38,619 nt of DNA from an uncultured Nitrospiraceae bacterium (GCA_947085205.1 CAMTVO010000059.1:1-38619); one strand, 5' to 3'; counted from the stretch's first letter, positions 1 through 9,934 are shown. Made by a program: numbers and translations. Notes: generated by a model from the letters alone, not told the origin.

Positions 1-327
1 GCAGAGAACATCCATTATCTGATTTCCCATGCACCACGTCAGCCCGAGATAAAACAGGTCATTCCTTATGAAAGAATCAAGACCGAGTATTATGATGTAT
101 GCCGTGGAGAACAGCCCATAGAGCAAGAAGCAAACAGGTGCATGTCCTGCGCTACATGCCGCGACTGCCGCATGTGCGAGGCAACATGTTACTGGGGTGC
201 AATCAGTAGGGTTGAGCATGAAGACGGCTCATATGAATATGTTGTTGATGACGAAAAATGTATAGGATGCGGTTTCTGTGCAGGCATATGTCCCTGCGGC
301 GTGTGGGAAATGGTGGAGAATATTTAG
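1..327 (+). CDS. C-terminal part (5'-truncated) of a GltD/DsrL-like FAD-dependent oxidoreductase with a C-terminal 2x[4Fe-4S] ferredoxin domain
   Basis: Frame 1 is open from base 1 to TAG at 325-327. EANRCMSCATCRDCRMCEATC and KCIGCGFCAGICP ferredoxin motifs. The ORF-track start at 142 is internal. Confidence 0.65.
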   Translation, partial: AENIHYLISHAPRQPEIKQVIPYERIKTEYYDVCRGEQPIEQEANRCMSCATCRDCRMCEATCYWGAISRVEHEDGSYEYVVDDEKCIGCGFCAGICPCGVWEMVENI

Positions 328-344
328 CGATGTCTTAGACATTC

Positions 345-377
345 AGCGGTTAGTATTTTAATACTAACCGCTTTTTT
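345..377 (+). terminator. Rho-independent terminator
   Basis: Perfect 12-bp stem AGCGGTTAGTAT/ATACTAACCGCT, 4-nt loop, then a T run, just after the stop at 327. Confidence 0.85.
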
Positions 378-393
378 GTTATTATTATATGGT

Positions 394-470
<77 letters not shown>

Positions 471-644
471 TTTATTTCCTTCTGCCTTTTCTTGCGGAAG
501 CACTCGACCGGAGAACGAAAAAAAGGCATAAAGACGCCAATTCTTACATAGATGTGCCAGTTGCTACTGGATTTGGAGAAATGAGAAATGTTATCATAGC
601 TCGTTCAGCCGATATTCACTAACAACTTAACACTGTTGTTTTTT

Positions 645-721
645 GCCCCCTTAGCTCAGTAGGATAGAGCACAGGTTTCCTAAACCTGGTGCCGCAGGTT
701 CGATTCCTGCAGGGGGCACCA
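645..721 (+). tRNA. tRNA-Arg(CCT)
   Basis: Acceptor GCCCCCT/AGGGGGC, anticodon arm CAGGT-TTCCTAA-ACCTG, TTCGATT T loop, encoded CCA at 719-721. Confidence 0.95.
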
Positions 722-853
722 AAATCTTCCATATGCACAGGTTTAGGAACCTAGGCTCACAATTTAATCCATCCCTTTCATAAAATGTTTGCCGTCATGA
801 TATAATCCAACATGGCTTTCAATAAAACTGAAAGAAAAATGAAAACCGATACG

Positions 854-888
854 AAACTAAAGGGGACAAACTAAAAACTAAAGGGGAC
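854..888. repeat. 14-bp direct repeat AAACTAAAGGGGAC, two copies, period 21
   Basis: Exact copies at 854-867 and 875-888. Confidence 0.8.
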
Positions 889-991
889 GGTTCTCTTTAT
901 TTTTCGTCCATCCCTTTTGACGCCCAAACTGCTTTTTTTCGGCTCACAGCAGGTTATAGAGAAATATAATAAAAAAGATTATAATGGAAAT

Positions 992-1486
992 ATGAAGCGA
1001 TTTATTCTTATGTTTTTATTTTTATTATTGTTCACAATACTGTTGCCGGGCTGTGCCCATGTGGTATCTAAGGAGTCAAGGGACAGGGTTGATATGGGGA
1101 TAGCGCCCATTGATGTCCTGAAAGATCCTGATGCATACAAAGGGAAGCTTGTTATCCTTGGAGGCATCATTGCCAGTTCTATAAATACCGAAGAGGGAAC
1201 TTATATCGAGATGGTGCAGAAGCCTCTGGACTACCGCGGAAGACCAGAAGATACAGACATATCACATGGCAGGTTTCTCATCCTTTATGAAGGCTATCTC
1301 GATACAGCCATCTATTCCAGAGGAAGAGAAGTGACAGTTGCGGGTGAGGTTATAGGCAAAAGGATACGCCCCCTCGGAGAGATTCGTTATCCTTATCTGC
1401 TGATAAAAAGCAGAGAGATATACCTGTTTGAGCCTCGTTACGGAGTGCCCCTCAGGTTCGGAATAGAAATATGGAAGACCTTCTGA
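992..1486 (+). CDS. Slp family outer-membrane lipoprotein
   Basis: Signal peptide and lipobox MKRFILMFLFLLLFTILLPG-C. GG-I and GRF...GYLD..IY..GREVTVAG motifs typical of Slp. Start moved to ATG 992. Confidence 0.8.
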   Translation: MKRFILMFLFLLLFTILLPGCAHVVSKESRDRVDMGIAPIDVLKDPDAYKGKLVILGGIIASSINTEEGTYIEMVQKPLDYRGRPEDTDISHGRFLILYEGYLDTAIYSRGREVTVAGEVIGKRIRPLGEIRYPYLLIKSREIYLFEPRYGVPLRFGIEIWKTF

Positions 1487-1506
1487 CATTGGTGATATAA
1501 TTCCAC

Positions 1507-1791
1507 ATGGCGGATGAGACAAGGACATCGGTGATCGATTATGCTTCTACTGTTGTTATTGAGCCGTGGAATGTCACCCTGCTGAATGACGACTGGCACA
1601 CCTTCGACGAGGTAATACTGCAAATCATTAAGGCAATAAAGTGCAATCCACAGAAGGCGGCGGAGATTGCGCTTGAGGCGCATAACAAAGGAGAATCGGT
1701 CTGTTACTCAGGCCCGAAAGAGCGCTGCGAGCATGTGGCATCAATACTCGAGAAGATAGACCTCGGCGTAAGGATTGAAAGAGCAGTTTAA
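1507..1791 (+). CDS. clpS: ATP-dependent Clp protease adaptor ClpS
   Basis: LLNDDWHTFDEVI...A..IALEAHNKG ClpS core. Confidence 0.85.
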   Translation: MADETRTSVIDYASTVVIEPWNVTLLNDDWHTFDEVILQIIKAIKCNPQKAAEIALEAHNKGESVCYSGPKERCEHVASILEKIDLGVRIERAV

Positions 1792-1810
1792 AAAAATAAA
1801 CGGAGGTTAT

Positions 1811-2404
1811 ATGAAGTTTTTCAGGATATGTCTTTCAATGTTTTTGATGCTGTCAATCGGCTTTTCAGCCCATGCAGAGACAAAACACAAAAAATTCAAA
1901 AAAGAGGAGATTACGAAGATGGCAGACACAAGGGCTATTATCGAGACGAAGTTCGGGAATATAGAAATCAGGTTCTTTCCCGATGCCGCGCCAAACCATG
2001 TAAACAATTTCATCGAGCTTGCAAAAAAGGGATTCTATGACGGAACGATCTTCCATCGTGTAATACCAGGATTTATGATTCAGGGCGGAGACCCGAACTC
2101 AAAAGACCCTGACAGGTCAAAACACGGAATGGGCGGACCCGGATATGCAGTCAAGGCCGAATTCAACGACAAGCCGCATAAAAGGGGGGTGCTATCAATG
2201 GCAAGGGCTGCGCATCCTGACAGCGCAGGTTCGCAGTTTTTCATTTGTGTCGCAGACTCCTTTTTCCTTGACAGGCAATACACTATATTTGGAGAGGTTG
2301 TCTCAGGGATGGAAGCGGCAGACAAGATAGTGAGCCAGCCGAGGGACAGGATGGATAATCCGAATGACAGAATCGAGATGAATATCAGGATTATGGAGAA
2401 ATAA
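1811..2404 (+). CDS. Exported cyclophilin-type peptidyl-prolyl isomerase
   Basis: FYDGTIFHRVIPGFMIQGGDP, SMARA..PDSAGSQFFI. GGAGG RBS before ATG 1811 and a signal peptide (AHA|E). Confidence 0.92.
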   Translation: MKFFRICLSMFLMLSIGFSAHAETKHKKFKKEEITKMADTRAIIETKFGNIEIRFFPDAAPNHVNNFIELAKKGFYDGTIFHRVIPGFMIQGGDPNSKDPDRSKHGMGGPGYAVKAEFNDKPHKRGVLSMARAAHPDSAGSQFFICVADSFFLDRQYTIFGEVVSGMEAADKIVSQPRDRMDNPNDRIEMNIRIMEK

Positions 2405-2409
2405 TATTC

Positions 2410-3057
2410 TCATTTGCCTTTAACTTTTTCCCAATCCTTTAGAAACTTATCTATTCCTATGTCTGTCAGCGGATGCTTCGCAAGCTGAGCGATCACGCTA
2501 TAGGGTATAGTGGCTATGTCGGCGCCCATCTTTGCCGCTTCTACAACATGTAGCGGATTCCTTATGCTTGCAACAATAACCTCTGTGTCAAAAAAATAAT
2601 TCTCATAGATATCCTGAATGTCTCTTACAAGCTCCATGCCGACATGGCTGATGTCATCTAGCCTTCCGACAAACGGGCTTACATACGTTGCGCCTGCCTT
2701 TGCAGCAAGCAATGCCTGACTCGAAGAAAATATGAGCGTAACATTTGTCTTGATTCCTTTTGCCGAAAGTCTTTTTACAGCCCGCAGTCCGTCTTCGGTC
2801 ATCGGTATCTTCACCACGATATTTTCATGTATCTTTGAAAGCTCCTCGGCCTCTTTCACCATCTCATCAGCCCTTAAACTAACTGCCTCTGCGCTTATAG
2901 GCCCGTCAACAATGCCGCATATCTCCTTCAAAAGACCTATCGGCTCCCTCTTTTCCTTTGATATAAGGGATGGATTTGTGGTTACGCCGTCAATTACGCC
3001 GAGTTCCCATGCCTTTTTAATCTCTTCAACATTTGCAGTGTCGATAAAAAATTTCAT
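2410..3057 (-). CDS. tal: Transaldolase (small FSA/TalC type)
   Basis: [19 protein letters not shown] Schiff-base Lys. Glu in SAE and Phe in SPFVGR point to transaldolase rather than FSA. Confidence 0.92.
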   Translation of the reverse strand: MKFFIDTANVEEIKKAWELGVIDGVTTNPSLISKEKREPIGLLKEICGIVDGPISAEAVSLRADEMVKEAEELSKIHENIVVKIPMTEDGLRAVKRLSAKGIKTNVTLIFSSSQALLAAKAGATYVSPFVGRLDDISHVGMELVRDIQDIYENYFFDTEVIVASIRNPLHVVEAAKMGADIATIPYSVIAQLAKHPLTDIGIDKFLKDWEKVKGK

Positions 3058-3800
3058 TGCTCCTCCTTTATTGGTAATAAGATATAATCATCGCCGTCCT
3101 TTACAATCTTAAAACCGAATTCATTGATAGTGTTTATCAAAGGCCTTCCGAGTATCAAATCCATTGCGTTTTGAGGTATATTGAATTTTTCTTCAAGAAA
3201 CGGCCGGATATAGGTGTCGTACCGGAGCATATCCATTATCTCTTCAACAGCATCCTCGCTTCCGTCGGCCAGACTATCGAATGCATCGGAGAGTTTTTTA
3301 TATGAGCACTTTTCTTCATGCTTTTCCATTACTTCCATAAGCAAATCGATAGAGCCGAAGATATCGCTCCTTTTCAATGCCCCTTCTTCAAGACCGCTCA
3401 TGAGGTTTTCAGGCGCCCAGCATTTGTATGTCCTGCACTGCGAAGGCCTGTTTTCGTATATACTGCACCCTTCCTTATCTTTATAAAATACGCATACCGA
3501 TGTCCCGTCCTTATCCTTAATCTTGATAAGCTCTACAAATGACTCATATATGTTGCCGTCTCCCTTAGACTTTATCTTTTCGCCGTCCCTTAGCGTGTAA
3601 GTATTATCGTACGACAGTACTCCCGATAAAAAAAGAGCCGTATCTTCCTTCAGTAAGGAGGGGCTGCTCTCGCTGCAGCATTTACCGCAGCACACGCAAC
3701 TCGTTCTCTTATTAAGTCTCATCTTCTGAGACTTCTCACCGCTCTCAAAACCCTGAGGAGTAAGGATTTGGAGTTTATCCGTCAAACTCTTGCTCTTCAT
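3054..3800 (-). CDS. YkgJ family cysteine-cluster (putative Zn/Fe-chelating) protein
   Basis: CVCCGKCC ... CVFY...[16 protein letters not shown]. Confidence 0.8.
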   Translation of the reverse strand: MKSKSLTDKLQILTPQGFESGEKSQKMRLNKRTSCVCCGKCCSESSPSLLKEDTALFLSGVLSYDNTYTLRDGEKIKSKGDGNIYESFVELIKIKDKDGTSVCVFYKDKEGCSIYENRPSQCRTYKCWAPENLMSGLEEGALKRSDIFGSIDLLMEVMEKHEEKCSYKKLSDAFDSLADGSEDAVEEIMDMLRYDTYIRPFLEEKFNIPQNAMDLILGRPLINTINEFGFKIVKDGDDYILLPIKEEQ

Positions 3801-3810
3801 TGAAATCTCC

Positions 3811-5004
3811 TTAATTGTAAGTCTTGAACTTCATGGTTTCATTTATAGCTTCAACTATATGCTTCACCGGCCTGTCTTTAATTCTGCTTCTAAGCTGCAG
3901 TATGCAGTTCGGGCATGATGTAATAATCATGTCCGCCTTTTTATATTCCTCTACCCTTTTTTCGAGCATCCCTTCTGAAAGTTCCTGATATAATAACCTA
4001 AATGTGCCGCCAAATCCACAGCATCCGCTCTCGGAATCCATCAGGCTGAAACCCAATGATTTCAATATCTGCCTTGGTTCCGAGCGCACATTCAAACTGT
4101 ACATTGAATGGCATGGATCGTGATAAACCACACGGAATGGAGAGTTTTGAGTTAAGAGTTTTGAGTTAAGTAACTCTGGACTCCTAACTCCAAACTCCGA
4201 ACTAAAGAACTCCGATACCTCGACAGCATTTTCTATCGCCTCTCCAAAAATGCCTTTATACTCATTTTTGATAAAATGGACACAGGTAGGGCAGAGGCCT
4301 ATTACCGATTCTACATTGAGTCTTTTGAAGGCATTAATGTTTCTCTCCGCCATCTCAGCGGCGTCCTCTTTAAGGCCTAATCCCATTAAAGGCGCACCGC
4401 AGCAGACCTCCCCTTTTGGGAGAACAACGTCATAATTCATTGCATTGAGGCTGTTTATAAGAGACCTTCCAATATCAGGATAAAGGAAATTAACGCTGCA
4501 GCCTGTAAACACCGCAATCCTTCCTTTCGGCTTTGACGCCTTGAATATAGAAACACCGTCTCTGAGCGCAGAATCAGGGAAGCGAATATCCATCCTCTTT
4601 ATTACATTAAACGGATAGAGCTTATAAACAGGAATTATTTCATTCACTGTTTCGAGAAATTTAAAAATCCTGAAAGAGTTTGATGCGCGTTTAAGTCCAA
4701 ACCTCACTCCGAGGCTGAAAAGCCTTCTCTTTTTGCTGAATTCCTTAAGGTTTTTTCTTCCCTCGTAAATGGCATCGGTTACATTAATCCCAAGCGGACA
4801 GAGTTTATTGCATGCCCCGCAGAGTATGCAGCTGAATATCCTGTCATTCAGTTTGTTTGAAGGATCGAGACCTCCTTCGTAAAAGTTTTTAAGAAGGATA
4901 ACCCTGCCCCTTGCGCTCATTCCTTCGGTTACATCTTCAGCATAGGTAGGACACAATGCCTTGCAGCTGCCGCATTTTACACAAAAATTCAGTTCATAGT
5001 TCAT
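3811..5004 (-). CDS. GlcF/LutA-like Fe-S protein: 2x[4Fe-4S] ferredoxin plus two CCG domains
   Basis: CVKCGSCKALCP, CILCGACNKLCP, FTGC..CCG..CPTC, YHDPCH..CCG..SCPNC. Confidence 0.85.
   Translation of the reverse strand: MNYELNFCVKCGSCKALCPTYAEDVTEGMSARGRVILLKNFYEGGLDPSNKLNDRIFSCILCGACNKLCPLGINVTDAIYEGRKNLKEFSKKRRLFSLGVRFGLKRASNSFRIFKFLETVNEIIPVYKLYPFNVIKRMDIRFPDSALRDGVSIFKASKPKGRIAVFTGCSVNFLYPDIGRSLINSLNAMNYDVVLPKGEVCCGAPLMGLGLKEDAAEMAERNINAFKRLNVESVIGLCPTCVHFIKNEYKGIFGEAIENAVEVSEFFSSEFGVRSPELLNSKLLTQNSPFRVVYHDPCHSMYSLNVRSEPRQILKSLGFSLMDSESGCCGFGGTFRLLYQELSEGMLEKRVEEYKKADMIITSCPNCILQLRSRIKDRPVKHIVEAINETMKFKTYN
4142..4203. repeat. Tandem-heptamer palindrome (GAGTTWW arms facing ACTC arms) within the CDS
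   Basis: gagtttt gagttaa gagtttt gagttaa / taactct ggactcc taactcc aaactcc gaact. Confidence 0.7.
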
Positions 5005-5070
5005 AGCTCATGGCTGATAGCTCATAGTTTACGGTTTAATTCTTTACCATGAGCTATCAGCCATGAGCTA
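4991..5070. repeat. Tandem-heptamer palindrome (AGCTCAT family)
   Basis: 22-bp perfect inverted repeat 5004-5025 / 5049-5070, built from agttcat/agctcat/ggctgat units. Confidence 0.9.
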
Positions 5071-5853
5071 ATTCAGTTTTCCACTTCTAAACCCCTCAAG
5101 GTCAATTGAGACATGCTTAAATCCAAATTTCTTTAATGCATCCACTATAGAACCTCTTAATTTTTCATCAAAAATTCTGTCAATCTCATCCGACCTTACT
5201 TCTATCTTTGCAGTGTCGTTAAGACTCCTGACCCTTAATTCGCTGAAGCCGAGGCTTTTCAGAAACTCCTCTGACATCTCAACCCTCTTTAGCGCGTCTC
5301 TCGTAATCTCCATGCCATACGGAAATCTTGATGAAAGACACGGAGATGCAGGTTTTGACCATGTCGGAAGTCCAACCGTCTTTGAGATATCTCTTATTTC
5401 GTCTTTCGAAAAGCCTGCCTCGACAAGAGGGCTTCTCACAGTATGTTTTATGGCCGCCTGTCTTCCGGGACGCCAGTCCGAAAGGTCATCGGCGTTGGTT
5501 CCATCAACAACAAATCTGTAGCCTTCATTATTTGCTATAATCAGAAGCTTTGAGAAAAGCTCATCCTTGCAATAAAAACACCTCTCCTTAGAATTGCTCA
5601 CAAAATCAGGATTGGAGAGTTCATATGTATTAATCACCCTATGGCTTATGCCGATAAATTTTGCCATTTCTCCGGCAAATCTGAGTTCGCTTTCAGGCAT
5701 TGTCTCGGAGGTTGCGGTAACCGCGAGGGCATTGATGCCGGATTCTTTTACTGCATTAAGAAGGAATGTGCTGTCCACGCCTCCAGAAAAGGCAATGACA
5801 ACAGACTGCATCTCTTTAAGAATGGACAAAAGCCTTTCAAACTTCTCGCTCAT
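5068..5853 (-). CDS. larE: ATP-dependent sulfur transferase LarE family
   Basis: PP-loop AFSGGVDS, RCFYCK, DGTNADD..DWRPG, PCLSSRFPYG, DLEGFRSG. Confidence 0.9.
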   Translation of the reverse strand: MSEKFERLLSILKEMQSVVIAFSGGVDSTFLLNAVKESGINALAVTATSETMPESELRFAGEMAKFIGISHRVINTYELSNPDFVSNSKERCFYCKDELFSKLLIIANNEGYRFVVDGTNADDLSDWRPGRQAAIKHTVRSPLVEAGFSKDEIRDISKTVGLPTWSKPASPCLSSRFPYGMEITRDALKRVEMSEEFLKSLGFSELRVRSLNDTAKIEVRSDEIDRIFDEKLRGSIVDALKKFGFKHVSIDLEGFRSGKLN

Positions 5854-7358
5854 AAGATGGTAATCTCGTAATTCTCCTGATGAAGATTGATATCTTCTTT
5901 CACAATCACCTTTATGCCGTAGATATGCTCTATATCTTCAATCCCATATCTTTCTTCGTCAGAGAGAAGATCTGCCACCGCAGTATTGGCCTTTATCATA
6001 GCAGTAGTATTCCGAGGAAGATTCATTTTCTTGAGCTTTCTGAATATCTCGTATGTCACTGTCATTGCCGATTTCACAAACCCCTTACCCTCGCAGTATG
6101 GACACTGTTCGCAAAGCACCCTGCCAAGACTTTCACGCACCCGCTTCCTTGTCATCTGTATTATTCCGAGTTCAGAGAGATTGTAAATAGTATTTTTTGC
6201 CCTGTCCTTTTTCATTGCATCGACAAATGCGCTGAAGACCTTTTCCCTGCTTTCCGGCTTTTCCATATCGATAAAGTCTATTATGATTATGCCTCCGAGA
6301 TTCCTGAGCCTTATCTGATAAGCAATTTCTTTTACTGCTTCGAGATTTGTCTTTAAGATTGTGTCTTCGAGGCTTTCCTTTCCTACAAATTTTCCCGTAT
6401 TCACATCGATAACGGTCATTGCCTCTGTCTGGTCGATAACAATATATCCACCGGACCTGAGCCAGACCCTTCTGCCAAGTGCCCTTGATATGTCAAGCTC
6501 TATGCCGAATGCATCGAATATAGGCTCCCTGCCTTCGTAAAGCTCTATCCTGTCTATAAGCCGCGGGAAATACGACTTGGCGAATTCCTTCACTCTCTCG
6601 TATTCCTCAGACGAGTCTATTACAAGTCTCTCGACATCATGGCTCATGAAATCTCTGACGCTCCTGAATACGAGGTCAAGGTCGCTGTAAATAAGAGAGG
6701 GAGCAGCAGCCTTGTCTTTCTTTTTATGTATGTCCTCCCAGAGGAGCATCAAAAACTCGAGGTCATTTTTTATCTCATCCGTAGTGGCATCTTCGCTCAC
6801 AGTCCTCACAATCAGCCCGAATCCTTTAGGTTTAATCTCTGCCGCAATCGCCTTGAGCCTCGCGCGGCTCTCTTCATCTTCAATCCTGCGGGAAATCCCG
6901 ATATGCTCCACATTCGGCATAAGAACGATATACCTGCCCGGAAGCGTAATATATGAGGTTACACGGGCGCCCTTTGTTCCTATGGGGTCCTTTGATACCT
7001 GCACCAGAAGCTCTTGCCCTTCCTGTATCACCTCTTCTATAGAGAGCGCATCTTCTATGTGCAACGGCCTTGGGTACAGTTCAAGCTTTTCTGTTTCGGT
7101 ATCCAGAAAAGCAGTATAGTACTCATCCATCTCTGTCATTATGTCGGCCACATACAGAAAGGCTGCCTTATCAAGACCGATATCGACAAATGCCGACTGC
7201 ATGCCGGGAAGTATCTTGATAATCTTTCCTTTGTAGATATTTCCTACAAGGCTTGCGCCCCTCTTCCTTTCTATATAAAGCTCGACAACCTGCCCCCCCT
7301 CAAGAAGCGCAACCCTGCTCTCTTCCCTTACCGCATTAATTACCAGTTCGCTTGTCAT
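5850..7358 (-). CDS. rng: Rne/Rng family ribonuclease (RNase G-like)
   Basis: S1 domain (GNIYKGKI..ILPGMQSAFVDIG), DVNTGKFVG, RLRNLGGIIIIDFIDM, CPYCEGKG zinc link. ATG 7358 overlaps the upstream stop region. Confidence 0.92.
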   Translation of the reverse strand: MTSELVINAVREESRVALLEGGQVVELYIERKRGASLVGNIYKGKIIKILPGMQSAFVDIGLDKAAFLYVADIMTEMDEYYTAFLDTETEKLELYPRPLHIEDALSIEEVIQEGQELLVQVSKDPIGTKGARVTSYITLPGRYIVLMPNVEHIGISRRIEDEESRARLKAIAAEIKPKGFGLIVRTVSEDATTDEIKNDLEFLMLLWEDIHKKKDKAAAPSLIYSDLDLVFRSVRDFMSHDVERLVIDSSEEYERVKEFAKSYFPRLIDRIELYEGREPIFDAFGIELDISRALGRRVWLRSGGYIVIDQTEAMTVIDVNTGKFVGKESLEDTILKTNLEAVKEIAYQIRLRNLGGIIIIDFIDMEKPESREKVFSAFVDAMKKDRAKNTIYNLSELGIIQMTRKRVRESLGRVLCEQCPYCEGKGFVKSAMTVTYEIFRKLKKMNLPRNTTAMIKANTAVADLLSDEERYGIEDIEHIYGIKVIVKEDINLHQENYEITIL

Positions 7359-9913
7359 AACGGCTCCACCCACTCTTCTCCATTTCTCAGACCGTAAACG
7401 GCTGTCCTCGTTATTTCGAGTTTGTTCCTGCTTATACCAAATATCGCCTCCGCAGCCTCTCCTATTCTGACTTTGACATTATCCGTATCTCTAAGAATCA
7501 ATTTAACTGCCAAGTTATCTGATAGTCCGCTGTCACCCTCAAAAAAGTTCATGGTTTCTATGCACGGAAATATATCTACGTCCTTACCGTCTCTTTGAAC
7601 AATAAGAGAGGCACGAGGCACGAGGCTATAGGCAATAGACAAATTTTTTATATTCCCGGTCTTTAACCTATCACCTATTGCCTCTTGCCTATCGCCTATT
7701 ATTAAATATTCATACCTCTTAATAAAACTGTTCAGCGACGGCTCGTTTATCGGCATTACTGCCATCTTGTTTATCCTAATCCCTTCGGACATGGTTTCGT
7801 TTAATGCCCTCATATAAAATTCTATATCAAAGGGGGTAAAAACCTCCATATCAAAATATTCCTTCTCGCCTGCTACGTCGACATTAAGCGGAGGGCCGAA
7901 AGAAACTTTAGGTGAGGGATGAAAACCCTTTGAAAAATCAAAAGGCACTCCTGCCCTTCTTAATCCGCGGAGTATGGCTGCTACAAGCTCAAGGTGCGAG
8001 AGGTATCGCAATTTACCTGTCTTTGTGAACTGAACGCGGACTTTTATTTTTTTGCTGCACTGGGGTGTTGGAGAAATGGAGTGTTGGGGTGCTGGAATAA
8101 GTGTTCCAGTATTTTGCTTATCCAATGCTCCATCACTCCATTTCTCCATTCCTTTTTCTTTGCACTTCAACCCGCATGCTGTGCAGACCTTTCTACAGTC
8201 CTGAGTTCTCTCCACCGACAATGCTTTCTCGTACTCTCTCCATAGAAAATCCTTCCTTATGCCTATGTCTATGTTATCCCACGGCAATCCTTCGTCTTTC
8301 CCAAAAGTCCTTTTTGCGTAGCATGAACCGTCTATACCGGTCTTATCCATTGCATCAATCCATTTATTGAAATCAAACATTTCCGACCATCCGTCAAGTC
8401 TGCATCCGGATTCCCATGCTTTTTCTATAAGGGCAGAGAGCCGTTCGTCTCCCCTCGCAAACACAGCTTCAAGAAAGCTCATCTCCTCATTATGCCCTTT
8501 GTATTTAAACTTTTTACTGCTCAACACCTCTTTCAAATATTTCTGCTTGCGTCTTATCTCATCAAGGCTTATCTGTCCGTACCACTGAAAAGGAGTATGA
8601 GGCTTCGGAACAAAGGGAGAGATAGTAATGCTTATATTTACAAATCTGCCGGTATTCCTTTTTGCTGTATGCAGTGCCTTCATTGCCATGTCTCTGATCG
8701 CTTCTATGTCTTCGTCGGTTTCTGTGGGAAGGCCTATCATAAAATATAGTTTTAGAGCGAGCCAGCCTTCGTTAAAAAGCGCCTTTAATGCCCTATCATA
8801 ATCCTCATCGCTGAAATCTTTGTTTATGACACTTCGTAATCTCTCTGTTGCAGCTTCAGGAGCCATAGTAAAACCTGTCTTCCTTATAGACCTTATCGCC
8901 CTTAACACCTCCTGATTTACAGCAGCAACTCTTAAAGACGGCAAAGAGAGCGCTATCTTTGATTCGCCGAATCTCCTGTTGCATTCCTTTATTACGGTAA
9001 GAAGATGAGAGTAATCGCCTGCGCTTAAAGATGTAAAAGAGACCTCGTCATAGCCTGTATTTTTCAGGGATTCTTCAGCTATGGTCAACACATTCTCCGG
9101 TATCCTCTCTCTCAACGGCCTGTAAATCATGCCTGCCTGACAGAACCTGCAACCCATGGTGCATCCCCTCGACACCTCGATATTTATCCTGTCATGAATA
9201 ATTGATGCATAAGGCACAACAGGCTTTACAGGATATGGCGCGTCATCGAGGCTCGTGATAAATCTCCTCTTTATCACAGATTCTGATTTATGCATCAAAG
9301 GCACATAAAAACCCTCAAGCTTAGCAATCTCGCGAAGAATGGATTCACGCCTTCTATCGCCAGATAGTCTCCATCGCCGTACTGCATCGACAAGCTCAAC
9401 TACCGCATCTTCGCCGTCACTGATCAAAAAGGCATCTATGAATGGAGACATTGGCTCAGGATTAACAGTGCACGGCCCACCTGCTATGACAAGGGGAAGA
9501 TCATTTTTTGTATTAAGTCTCTCTTCGGACTTTATAGGGATACCGCCAAGATGAAGCATATTCAAGACGGTTGTATATGACAGCTCATACTGAAGGCTGA
9601 AACCTACGACATCGAATTCTTTGAGATGTGTCTCCGACTCAAGGGATGACAGGAGAATATTATTCCGCTTCATGTATTCTTCTATGTCTGTCCACGGCGA
9701 AAAGACCCTTTCAGCCGAAGCATAAGGCAATTTGTTTATTATGTCGTATAGTATCTTCAATCCGAGATGCGACATCCCTACCTCATACACATCCGGAAAG
9801 CATAACGCAAAGCTCACATCTCCGGAATCACTTCTTTGAGGGAAGTTTTTCCGGAATACATTAAGCTCGCTGTCTATATAACGGCTTGGTCTTTGGAAGT
9901 AAGCAAGATTCAC
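7355..9913 (-). CDS. TIGR03960-like radical SAM protein fused to a C-terminal TIGR03936/DUF2344 domain
   Basis: FPDVYEVGMSHLGL, RGCTMGCRFCQAG radical SAM motif. C-terminal YLSHLEL...FSKGFHPSPKVSFG. Confidence 0.88.
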   Translation of the reverse strand: MNLAYFQRPSRYIDSELNVFRKNFPQRSDSGDVSFALCFPDVYEVGMSHLGLKILYDIINKLPYASAERVFSPWTDIEEYMKRNNILLSSLESETHLKEFDVVGFSLQYELSYTTVLNMLHLGGIPIKSEERLNTKNDLPLVIAGGPCTVNPEPMSPFIDAFLISDGEDAVVELVDAVRRWRLSGDRRRESILREIAKLEGFYVPLMHKSESVIKRRFITSLDDAPYPVKPVVPYASIIHDRINIEVSRGCTMGCRFCQAGMIYRPLRERIPENVLTIAEESLKNTGYDEVSFTSLSAGDYSHLLTVIKECNRRFGESKIALSLPSLRVAAVNQEVLRAIRSIRKTGFTMAPEAATERLRSVINKDFSDEDYDRALKALFNEGWLALKLYFMIGLPTETDEDIEAIRDMAMKALHTAKRNTGRFVNISITISPFVPKPHTPFQWYGQISLDEIRRKQKYLKEVLSSKKFKYKGHNEEMSFLEAVFARGDERLSALIEKAWESGCRLDGWSEMFDFNKWIDAMDKTGIDGSCYAKRTFGKDEGLPWDNIDIGIRKDFLWREYEKALSVERTQDCRKVCTACGLKCKEKGMEKWSDGALDKQNTGTLIPAPQHSISPTPQCSKKIKVRVQFTKTGKLRYLSHLELVAAILRGLRRAGVPFDFSKGFHPSPKVSFGPPLNVDVAGEKEYFDMEVFTPFDIEFYMRALNETMSEGIRINKMAVMPINEPSLNSFIKRYEYLIIGDRQEAIGDRLKTGNIKNLSIAYSLVPRASLIVQRDGKDVDIFPCIETMNFFEGDSGLSDNLAVKLILRDTDNVKVRIGEAAEAIFGISRNKLEITRTAVYGLRNGEEWVEPL
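7608..7700. repeat. Tandem-heptamer palindrome (AGGC/GCCT) within the CDS
   Basis: gaggcac gaggcac gaggcta taggcaa tagac ... acctatc acctatt gcctctt gcctatc gcctatt. Confidence 0.75.
8061..8152. repeat. Tandem-octamer palindrome (TGG/TCCA) within the CDS
   Basis: tggggtgt tggagaaa tggagtgt tggggtgc tggaataa ... tccaatgc tccatcac tccatttc tccattcc. Confidence 0.75.
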
Positions 9914-9934
9914 TTTTTTAGAATACCATCCCCT

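Noticed and set aside
5068..5853. Lactate racemase (lar) operon
   Set aside because: Only larE is present. There is no larA/B/C in the window, and dispersed larE genes are common.
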